Shown in pieces: positions 12,487 through 23,180 of a DNA stretch of 64,000 nucleotides. A program made the translations under genes and the position numbers. Position 1 is the stretch's first letter. Each line of letters opens with the position of its first letter. The stretch covers positions 5,436,497 through 5,500,496 of the forward strand of contig NC_081387.1 in NCBI RefSeq assembly GCF_030684315.1, in the 5' to 3' direction. The notes beneath the pieces were generated by a model, which saw only the letters and a list, made by a program, of their open reading frames with translations, had not been told where the DNA came from and did no database searches. Source of the stretch: Stegostoma tigrinum. Taxonomy: Eukaryota.

Positions 12487-13738
12487 CTAGAAACAGAGCA
12501 TGGATAAAGAGTTGATACAATTCAAGAGCAGTTGCATTCAAACCCATCACCAGCACTGAGGAGGGGGGGGGGGTCCCCCTAGATACCACCAGAGGTTGGG
12601 AGTATGCTAGATGATGATTGGGACTGCTTGGTCCGAACTTCTGGAACAAACAAGATCATTCAATCCCAAACTCTGGGAGGTATCTGTTCATTGCCTGAGA
12701 TCTCTCATTCCCAGACTTTGGGATATATCCATACTCTAACTGAGATGGTGCAATCTCAGTCTCTGGAAAACATTTATGTAAAAGACATTGATCTCTGATC
12801 TTCACTCTCTGAGAGATTTATTAGGATCTCCTGGTCACAGTCTCCAGATTTCTGTCCAGTGACTGGGCAAAAGTGGGAACATAATAGACATCTAAACCAA
12901 CAAAATCATAGAATGGACAGAGGTGGGACAGAGGCTGTTGAAAAAATACAGAGAAGAATGTCAAGAAATACAAGATACCAAAACAAGATTGAATAGTGTG
13001 GGATGGAAAATGAAAGTAAAAGTTTAGACTAATATCTTAAAAAGATAAAAGTGACATGGTTGCTGGACATTTAGAATAGGAAGAGAAAATGCTAGATATT
13101 TTAGAAGAAAGTTGGTATTTCTTTTTTTGACTAATGGTCATTGATCTGAAACATTAACTCTGCCTCCCTCTTCAACGATAACAGCCCGGCTCTTGAGAAT
13201 TTCCAGTATTTCATGAGGGGAGCTGTAGGTTTGTAGAAATTGAGTTCTGATAAACCAAGTGCGCAATTTTCATGGTACGTCTGATCACTCTCAGTTAGAA
13301 ACTCAATCTCCTCAGCCATGGCTTTCCTGGTCAAACTCACACAACTTTACAAACCCACTGACATCCTCAGTCAGAAGAAAACTATCGTGAGGTCAGCAGC
13401 CGCGATATCCAATATTCTCTCGGAAAAATGCAAAATAGGACCCTGAAACAAAGTTCAAGACTCGACCTCCTGTGATCTCCCCTTTCGGAAACTAAGGTGC
13501 TTCCGAGGCATGATTGTGAACTGGAAGCTTGGTTATTTACTGCTGTTAACAAGGGTCAGTCGCCCGAGGTTTAATTTTAAAAATTGGGAGGGGGGGGGGG
13601 GTAGGAAGAAAGATTAAGAGTATGTGTACTGGTCAGAGAAGCCAAATAACCATATCTGAGGGTGAAATTATTTTATCAGCTCTTAAGAAGCGTTGGCGCC
13701 CTCACTCCAGGATCTCCCCAAACAGCAGGCTCACTTAC

Positions 13739-13790
13739 CGGCCTGGCTCAGAGCCACGATTACGGCCAGGATGGCCAGCTTCAGCATCAT
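13739..13790 (-). CDS. B2M: Beta-2-microglobulin exon 1 (signal peptide MMLKLAILAVIVALSQA, phase-1 donor)
   Basis: Minus-strand ATG ATG CTG AAG... encodes a hydrophobic leader. It ends at a canonical G|GTAAGT donor (13739/13738) whose phase matches exon 2. Confidence 0.92.
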
Positions 13791-13859
13791 TTTTGCGAAT
13801 TTGATGTTAACGCTGGGATTACTTCTATTCAACGTCCAACAGCAGATCTCTTCTAGTAC

Positions 13860-14080
13860 CTTCTGCCCTTCACTTCCTGGGGTCCTGGTTAATCTGCCGC
13901 AACTAGCCGCCCTGCACCAATAGAAAAGAGTCCTGCCCCGCCTACCCTATCCGTTGCAGCCAGTCGCAAAATCCGACCTCCCCTCTATCATCAGTCTCCG
14001 GGTAAAGGATGTCTATACAGTTTGAGAAACGGGCAAGACAGTGGGCGGTCACACAGCAGGGGTGAAAGTGAAACTCCATC
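13860..14080 (-). promoter_or_regulatory. B2M proximal promoter: ETS site, inverted CCAAT (Y box), GC box, X1-like box, ISRE
   Basis: Motifs: ACTTCCTG ~13872; CCAAT 13917-13921 (ATTGG on the gene strand); GCCCCGCCT 13935-13943; GCAACGGAT (minus) 13949-13957; GAAAGTGAAACT 14064-14075. The region is locally CpG-rich. Confidence 0.7.
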
Positions 14081-15379
14081 CACCAGCAAACGGCTGGATC
14101 CCGTATACCTCATGATCAGATGTACGGGACTGGTGTTCGAGAATCATGGAAGCTGGTCACAAAAAAAAGTGACAGACAGACAGATTCACAACCACCGAGT
14201 AAATTACTCTACAGAAACAGGCCTCTAGGCCCATCGTGTCAGGGCTGGTTCTCCGCAGAAACAGATCATTTGGCCCATTTCTGCAGAAGGGTCCCCACCT
14301 GAAATGTTAACTTTCCTCCTCCTCTGATGCTCCCTGGCCCGCTGTGCTCCGCCAGCTCCATGTTGTTATATTTGGCCTCACCGTTTCCTTATTGCCCCAC
14401 AATTATTTGTCTCCTCAGAGTTAGCTGAATTCCCTTTGAAAAACATTCAATCTGCCTCCATACTCTCATTCAATCCATTCCTGATCCAAACCATTGGCTA
14501 CGGAGGAATAAAAGGCAATCTCCCCCTCACCTCCCCCCCCCCCCCCCCCCCACCGTCTACCAGTCAATACCCTCTAGTTTTCAATCAAAGGTAACAGTTT
14601 CTCTATTATTCTTTCCAGGCCTCTCATGTTATTGAAAATCTCAACGGAACATCCTCTAAATGGCATGGCAAGGTGTAGAGCTGGATGAACACAGCTGGTC
14701 AAGCAGCATGAGAGGAAGAGGAAGGCTTACGTTTCGGCCCTAGACCCTTCTTCAGAAATGGGGGAGGGGAAGGGACTTCTGATATAAATAGAGAGGGGGA
14801 GGCGGATAGAAGATAGATAGAGGAGAAGATAGGTGGAGAGGAGACAGACCGGTCAAAGAGGTGGGGTCAAAGATCCTCTGAGTGACTCCAACTTTGCCAA
14901 CCTATCCTTGCAACTGAAGTTCCTCATCCCTGGAATTGTTCTAAATAAATATTTTCACTCCTTCAAATGTCTTCATAACCTTGCTAAAGTGTGATATGCC
15001 GATTTAACACAATGAGGGTAAAACAAATCTCCTTTTACAGTTTACCATAGCTTCCTTTTTTTTGTACTTTATACTTCTTAAAGAAACAAGATCCCACGTG
15101 CTTTATTAGGCAGTTTCTCCACCTATCCTGTCACCGTCAATAGGCGATACGCATATACCTCCAGGACTCTCCCTCTGTTCCTATGCCTCCTTTAGAATAA
15201 TTTGCTATATTTTCTACTATCTTGCCTCGTTCTTCGTCCCAAAATGTAAAACTTCTTGCTTTTCTGCATTGAAATTCAGCTGCCACGTTTCTGTCCATTC
15301 CATCAGTCAGTGTCTAATCCATCAGTATCCTCCTTTCAAATTGTGCCGAAGTCACCTAAATATGAGGAATACGTCTCTT

Positions 15380-15630
15380 GAAATAGGGTATGTGTGCACA
15401 GAGATAAAGAACATGTACACTGTGAACATTGATACTGTGATAGGAAACGTGTACACTGTAAACATGTGTGTTGTGAATAGGAAATGTGCCCATACACTGT
15501 GAGCACATAAACTGCAACAGGGACCACTGTAAAAAATATATACCGTTATAGGGAACGTGTACATTGAGATACGAAGTATGCATGCAGTGGATATAGACTT
15601 GGGAAATGTGAACTGTGATATGGAATCCAT
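15380..15630. repeat. Degenerate short tandem repeat (GGAAACGTGTACACTGTGAACAT-like)
   Basis: Recurrent TGTACACTGT and AGGAAA.GTG words. Confidence 0.5.
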
Positions 15631-16117
15631 AGATTTTTTAATAAAAGCAATAAATTGTGAGGTGCGGGGCAAGTGAAGCTGATTTTCAAGGGGGTCAGAA
15701 TGGGTCTAGAGAAAACAAACTGAAAACATGTTCAGATAATTGAAGAGATTGCAGAGGAGTGGGAAATATTTGAGAAGTGCGAAAGCAAAACAAATGAGCC
15801 AGTGAGGAAAGAAGATATTGTAGATGACGGACACTTGGCAGAAACACAGATTTAACATTCCAAATCCCAAAGCTTTTCTATAGGCATTCAAAATATTGGA
15901 TTCAAATGTTCCAATTGTTTCTCTCTCTTCAGATGCTAGACTTGCTAAGATTCTCCAGCACTTTCATGTATTCCTTAAAGCGTAATGGCCACTGTGATAG
16001 AATATAGGGATATGAGTAAAACTAAAACTTCGCAAAAGGCATACACTACGTTAGAAAATTAATAAAACCAGCAAAGGGAAACTATGAAATAAAATCATTA
16101 GAATTTAAACAGAATTT

Positions 16118-16435
16118 AGCGGCAGCGCGATGGCTCAGTGGTTAGCACTGCAGCCTCACAGCACCAGGGACCCAGGTTGGATTCCAGCCTCGGGCGACTG
16201 TGTGGAGTTTGCACATTCCCCCCGTGTCTGCGTGGGTTTTCTCCGGGCACTCCGGTTTCCTCCCACAGTCCAAAGGTGTGCAGGCTAGGTGGATCAGCGA
16301 TGCTCAAATTGCCCGTAGTGTTCAGGGGTGTGTGGGTTATAGGGGAATGGGTCTGGGTGGGATGCTCCAAGGGGCAGTGTGGGCTTATTGGGCCAAAGGG
16401 CCTGTTTCCACACTGTAGGGAATCTAATCTAATCT
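16118..16435 (+). mobile_element. tRNA-derived SINE (HE1/V-SINE type), full length
   Basis: A box TGGCTCAGTGG, B-box-like GGTTGGATTCC, core TGTGGAGTTTGCACATTC..CCGTGTCTGCGTGGGTT, (AATCT)n tail. Confidence 0.88.
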
Positions 16436-19140
16436 TAAAAAAAACTGAAGTATTCTTCAGATATATGAATGACAAAAGTGGAAAAAAAGGTGTGTGATAA
16501 ACAAAAAGAGGGCAGAACCAGATGGATAGCATCTGAGATGGATTGTACCCGTGCATATTAAAAGTATTTTGTGGACCCTGAACAACTTCATATCATTGTA
16601 CATCAATTGGGTTTATTTTAATGATAGGTTTCCATTATCTGTCTGTACTCAAAACATTGAGAAACTGAAAATATTACTGAGAACAATTGACATAGATTCC
16701 AACTTACCCAATTTTACCCAAGGGGTAACAGAAAGAATAAATAGGGTCATGAGTTGACATTGTGACATGGACTTTTCTTTCCCAATGGCTGTGAGCACAT
16801 TTTTTCTCATTAGTTTTTTTATTGTGGGGTGTGAGTAAACCTGGCAAGTCCAGCACTTCAGCCCATCTTTAACTGCATTTCAGCCTGAGTGGCTCCCTAC
16901 ACCATGTCATAGGGCAGTTACGTGTGAATTGAAGAGTCATGTGTGGGCCAAACCAAGTAAGGGCAGCAAAGGGCCTCCCAAAAGAGCATTACCAAAACCA
17001 GATAGGTTTTTACAACAATTAGTATACTTTATTGGTCACATTATTCACTCAAACTAACTTTTAATTCCAATTTTCCTTTTAATCTTTTATTCCACCAGTT
17101 GCCATAATGACACTTGAATATTTGATGCTTGGGTCTCCAGACTACTGACTATAACATTACTGTGACACCACTCACTCCCTATAACAGTGGAAGGCCAGTA
17201 GAACCAGTGAACTTGTATCCTTGATATAAGCCTGGAAATAATTAATAAAATAATTTTAATGTTTTAGTTTTCATTCTTGTGTGCTAAAGAATTTTTTTTT
17301 AAAAAAATAATCTGAATGTATACATTTCCCTGCAAAAAAAAGGTTAAATGAATAGCTTATATAACATGGTGTGGAGCTGGATGAACACAGCAGGCCAAGC
17401 AGCATCAGAGGAGCAGGGAAGCTGACGTTTTGAGTCTAGACCCTTCTTCAGATATACAGTTCATTTGAGCCCTAAACCCTTTTCATTTCCAACCTAACCA
17501 GCGTATGGGTGAAGTTGAACAGGTTAGTGAAATGTTGTGTGAACATTCTGTGAGGGCAAAAGAGATCTAGAATTTTTCTGTCAGAATTCTGGTTGTGTGT
17601 GAAGACTAACAATCAGGGCACCACACCGCATACTGTGTGATGGTTCCTTCTGCTAGCATGTGTTTTATGTAATAAAAACCAAAAGAGCTGTGATGCTGTA
17701 AATCAGGAACAAAAACAAAGTTGCTGGAAAAGCTACTGGGAGCATCTGTGAAGGAAAAAACTGTTGGAGTGTTTCATGTAAGTTGGATTTGGCATAGCAA
17801 TATCAGTGCTTCATTTCATTCAACTCTGGATGGCACATGGAGACTAGATGTTGAGTATCTCTTGGCATCATCAGATTTTGTGACGTTGTGTGTAACCACA
17901 TGCCTCAATAGGCCTAGTGAGAACATAATTTAACATTTTCACAAAATTATTTAAAAACACAATGTTTATCTTGTGTAAGAACTTCATTAATTAAATATTG
18001 AATGTTACTATGTTGCTGTTTTGTTTTATTAGCAATATTAAGTATTGTCAATTTTCAACAATTAAAATAGTTCACTTTAGAAAATAATTTGGGAAACACG
18101 GGTCTAACGCATCTTTGCCTTATAATTTCCTTTCTTGTGTTGTGTTTTCAATTTCTACTTCTGTCTCAGTCTTTTTGGGACTGGTTCTCTCTCTCTCTCC
18201 CCCTCATGTGCCTCACGAGGGGCTCTTTCTCGGTGCCTCTAATTTAACTTGCCCTCTTCCTCTGTGTGTGGCAAGTCACTCCTTCATTGTGTTTTACTCT
18301 TTAGGTCTGATGCCTGACTGACTGGATGGAATGTATTTGAGAGAACTATGAGAGATGTTGAGCAAGGCCTTTCTTGATATTCAGATCAACACACTGCATT
18401 TTCCAACTAATTCCAAACAGTGAGAAGCTAATTAATGAGGATGATTGCTCATTATTATGCACATGAATATCTAATCTCACTTTATTAAAATGCATTCTAT
18501 TACAATTGCATTGAAACAAGATGCCAAGAATTTCTGAGCTGAAAGTAAGAGCAGGTACAGAGCAACTCTGAATCACTTCTTCCTCCTTTGGATCTCCATC
18601 TTGGACACCGGGCACCAACGCTACAGGGCACACTTCATGAGCAGCAGCCACATACATACCACATGCCTGGACAGTGGAATCTGACACGTCAGCTTCTCCA
18701 CACCAAATGGTCATGTCTCAAAACAAAAGGGGATTAGTCTTCAGTCAAATCAAGGGCGGCTCCCTTCAGTCAGAGGGACCTGGCACAGTAAGTCAAAGGC
18801 AGCGTGTGATATCAGTCCTGGTGCTTGGGTACAGTCAGTCAGCTCTTCAGGGTTAGAATCCTCTCCTTACAGGGTGAGGAGCTGGATATTAGACACCAGA
18901 GGCCATACAGGGTCAGTGGTGTGGGGGTCATTGGGTGACAGCAGGTGAGGAGAAGTGTTATAAAAGTAAAATACAGAACTCTCAACATTAATTCTGTTTC
19001 TCTCTCCAGAGATGCTACCAGACTAACTGAAGAAAGTTATTGCTCTCAATAGCGAGTGTCGTGCATGAACGTTGGTGGGAGGTGGGTGCAGTAGAAGAGG
19101 CAGAGTGAGTGTAAGGTGAATGAAGAGAGAAGTAGTGAAG

Positions 19141-19342
19141 GTCACTGACTTCTTACACTACTGGACATTCCCTGAGATGACTGAGACCACATGGACCCAG
19201 GTGTCAGCCTCAGACCAGGCTGGTAGGGTCTGGTCTCCTCTGCCAGGCCTAGAGGAAAGAGGACAGCCTTCCTTTTAAGCAAAATATCAACCAGGAGCTA
19301 TGAATCCTCACCGACAAAGTGGGGCACCAATTTCTCCTCCAT
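19141..19342 (-). mobile_element. Fossil of a PIF/Harbinger-type Myb/SANT (trihelix) DNA-binding ORF
   Basis: MEEKLVPHFVGEDS*LLVDILLKRKAVLFP, frameshift, then QTLPAWSEADTWVHVVSVISGNVQ*CKK. This matches the P-x-F...L-L-V...W-x-E...Q-C-K-K pattern. Confidence 0.55.
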
Positions 19343-20859
19343 GTCCAGAGCAAATGTCAGGAACTGTGTCGGACAACTCTGGACTGATGGTCCTTGTCCA
19401 GGTGCACAAGGGCTTTTTAAAAGGAGACAGCAATCCTGGGGACCTCACAGAATGCCAGCAATGACAATTGGGAGAATCAGTCTAGAAACAGACACGAAAA
19501 AGTGCTGCAGGAAGTTACCCAGAAGAAAAAAGCAGTAAAACATGCAAATGACACACTGTTTTGAATACTACAGAACAGTGCTTCAGTCTAACCAGTACGT
19601 TCGTTTCCAAGTATAGCATTACTGTTTCGCCCCCCCCCCCCCGGATAACAAGGCAAGTTTGGGATGAAAGCACAAGGATAGTTGTTGGACTTTGCAAAGA
19701 GAAAACCTCAATGAAACTTGGCAAAAACAACACTTTTCCAAAATATGTGAAACTGAGTGCCATATCTCCTTCTTTCAGTGTCTTGGCGTCTCTGTCCCAG
19801 ATTTTCTGCCTCTCTGTTTCAGTATCCGGCCTCTCTGTGTCTGTTCGTCTCTCACTCCCTCTTACTGTTTTTTTTTGTTTTCATCCTGTCACAAAAGAGA
19901 ATGTAAAAGCTTGAAAACCACCGTTTTGATACAATTAAAATAGCAACACACCTGTCATGGTGCTAAAGGGTGTGGTCACGGCGTTGGAGGCTGTGGTCTC
20001 GCTAGTAATAAGCTGCAATAAAAAGACTTCACCATTTGTCCTGACTGATAGCCTTGCCGTAGCTTTAAAAAAAGGAAGTTCCCACTGCAACAAAACAAAA
20101 ATGACAACATTTACCTCTGTCTAGTCAACGATGGCTTCAGCACTTACTACAAAGTCCTGACCATCACACTCGAATTTCCAAGAATCCTTCAAGTAAGGTA
20201 TTGCTTAGGAGATTCGCAAATACGTGTGTAAACAAGTAACTTTGACCACAGACTGGCTAAAAAAACAGAGCGGAATGGTCGTTAATTAGATTGGCAAATG
20301 GTGGGTATGTGATCGACGGCGTACGACTGTTCATCCTCAATTTCACAAATGAAAGTGCATTTCCCCATTTCTGAGTCCAAACCAAAATTTTGAGACTGGA
20401 ATCACATTGGAATGGTGTAATTAATCCAGAGAAAGACTAAATACGGAGAATCATGAGAAAACATGCAGAAAGGGGATGTAGTTGCAAATGAACTTTTAAT
20501 ACAGAGAAACATGAGGTAATGTTGGCCCGGATTTCACTGTCAGAGTTCGCAGCATAAACTGACCTGAAATTGTTGGTAGCTTGCGGTGTGGACTTTGTTC
20601 TCGTTGATGAGGAGAAACAGTGCGCCTCCCGCCTCGGCTCAGCGCGAAGCTGGTGGAGACAGGGTTCGCCCAGTCACCTCACGAAGAACAGTCCCTGTGT
20701 GGTTCGTTAGTCATCAACTCAATGACAGGCGAATATTTTTAAACGTTTCTGAATATTTTAACAGATCCATGTCACTTGTTAAAATTATTATTTTAAAAAG
20801 CTTTGAAGTGCTTAAAACAAGCTTAAAAGTCGGCGAACGCAGTCCACCTGCCGTCAATA

Positions 20860-23180
20860 ACCCTCCGTATCCACTTCTCTCTCTCCCCCACCACATCCGC
20901 CTCTCTCCGTCCCACTCTGCCCCTCCAAATCCACCTCCCCATACTCCTCTCCATCCACCCCCCTCCCCGTACTCCTCTCCATCCACCCCCCTCCCCGTAC
21001 TCCCTTTCCCTCCCTATTCGCTCTTGCCCTCTCTATCTGCCTCTCACCGTCCCCCTCCCCCTCCAAATACACCTCTCCCTGTCCCAATCTTCCCATCCAC
21101 ACCCGCAACTGCCTCACCTTGTCCTCCTCTCCTCTCCTCCATCCACCTCTCCCCATTTCCCTCCCTCTCCTAATTCACCTCACCCCCTCCTCCATCCACC
21201 TGTCCCAATACCCCCTCCCCCTCCTCCGTTCACCTTTCCCTCTCGCCATCTGCCTCTCCCTGTCCCCCTCTCCCTCCCCCTCCAAAACTGCCTCTCCCCA
21301 TTCCCCTCATGCCCCTCCACATCAACCTCTCCCTACACCCCAATCCCCCTTCCCCTACACCCCAATCCCCCTTCCCCTACACCCCAATCCCCCTTCCCCC
21401 ACACACCCCCCCTCCCCCACACACCCCCCCTCCCCCACACACCCCCTCCACCCCCACCCACCCCCACATACCCCCACCCACCCCCACATACCCCCACCCA
21501 CCCCCACATACCCCTTTCCCAGTTCACTTCTGCCCCACCTACCTCTCTCCATACCTTGCTCCCTGCCCTGACCCCATTCCATCCCCCTCTACCCCTCACC
21601 ATCGGCTTCTCCCTGTCCCCCTCTCTCCCTCCCCTTCTCCCCTCATGTTCCATACTTGCCTCTCCCCATCCTCTTGCCCCATCCACATCCACCTTTCCCC
21701 ATTCCCCCCTCCTCCAAAACTGCCTTCCCCATTCCTCTCATGCCCCTCCACATCCCACCTCTCTCCACCCCCATAACCTCCACATCCTTCTCCCCCACTT
21801 CCCCCTCCCCCTGCACCTCTACCCCTCCCCATCCACCTCTACCCCATAGCCCTCTCCCCTTTCTGGCCTCTCCTACCCATCCCCCTCTCGCCACCACTCT
21901 GACCCTACGTCCTCAGCCGTATCTCCCCGATTCCCCACCTGGACCTCTCCTCCCCCGCTCTGACATCTCCTCCCCCTCCCCCTCCCCCTCCACCTCCCCC
22001 TCCCCCACCACCCAGACCTCTTCTCCCCATCCCCCTCTCCCCTGCCACCCAGACCTCTCCTCCCCATCCCCCCTCTCCCCGGCCACCCAAACCTCTCCTC
22101 CCCATTCCTCTCTCTTCCCCAACCTCTCCTCTCCATTCCCCTCTCCTTCCCCAACCTCTCCTCTCCATTCCCCTCTCCTTCCCCAACCAGACCTCTTCTC
22201 TCCATCCCCCTCTCCCCAAGCCCCACCTCCACCCACACCCTGATCTCTCCTCCCCACCCCAACCTCTCCTCCCGATCACTCTCCCCCCTACCCTGACCTC
22301 TCCTCCCCATCCCTTCTCCCCCCAACCTCTCCTCCCCTCACCCCAACATATCCCCCCTCCCCTCACCCCAACATATCCCCCCTCCCCTCACCCCAACATA
22401 TCCCCCCTCCCCTCACCCCAACATATCCCCCCTCCTTTGCCCTCTCCCCATCCACCTCTCACCCTGACCTTTCCTCCACATCCCCCTCTCCACCTCCCCA
22501 TTCCCTTGCCCTGACGTCTCCTCATCATCCCCCGACCACTCCTCTTCAACACCTCGACCTCTCCCCATCTTTCTCCCACCCACCCCCCTCCCACCAAAAC
22601 ATCGCCTCCACCTCTTCTCTCAACCCTTTCCCCCTCTACAGTTCTCCCCCACACTCCCACCAGACTTGTCCTTTCTACCAACCCACTACCTCCTGTCTAT
22701 TCCCCACTTCAGACTCATTATCTCCCATCTACTGCCCACTCTGCCTTCATTCTCAAGCTGTTTCCTTTTTCTCCTGTCTCTAGCCTCTGCCTCCACACAC
22801 TCCAGCTCCCCCCTCTCCACCACATACATTTAGCCGTTACTCTCCCCACACCCACTTTCCCTCCCTCTCCTCTGATGTACCCTGACTCCTCTTTATCCTT
22901 CCCCTACTCCTGATCCCTTAATTACCCCCATACCTTCCCATCAACTTCACTGGAGGTGCTCCGACGATGTTACCTAGCAGGACGATGAAATGTTTGCGAC
23001 CAAACCCATTGTCTACAGCTTCAACCTTCCTTCCATACCCTTCAGGCCCTGCACACACACTGTCCTCCAAGCAATATTCCTCCCCTCAGACTCCTCTTCT
23101 CCTCCCTCCCAGCCCACGTCCCTCTGATATCCCGTCCTAACCACCCTAACTCCCTGCCCCCACCTCTGGTGGCTCCCTTG
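20860..23180. repeat. 2.3-kb strand-asymmetric C/T-rich low-complexity tract with minisatellites
   Basis: Very few G on the plus strand; 25-bp unit CCTCCCCTCACCCCAACATATCCCC x4 at 22331-22435; other short units at 21335-21510. Confidence 0.95.

Noticed and set aside
12194-12649. 151-aa ORF as the full B2M protein
   Set aside because: The N-terminal part and the GKKSVY tail are intronic read-through; splice sites delimit 12214-12486.
13050-13075. Possible B2M micro-exon after a pyrimidine-rich acceptor in intron 1 (tccag|CAACCA)
   Set aside because: No GT donor at a frame-preserving position; exons 1 and 2 already join in frame.
20586-22681. Many Pro-rich and Gly-rich ORFs
   Set aside because: Artefacts of the low-complexity C/T tract, which has few stop codons.
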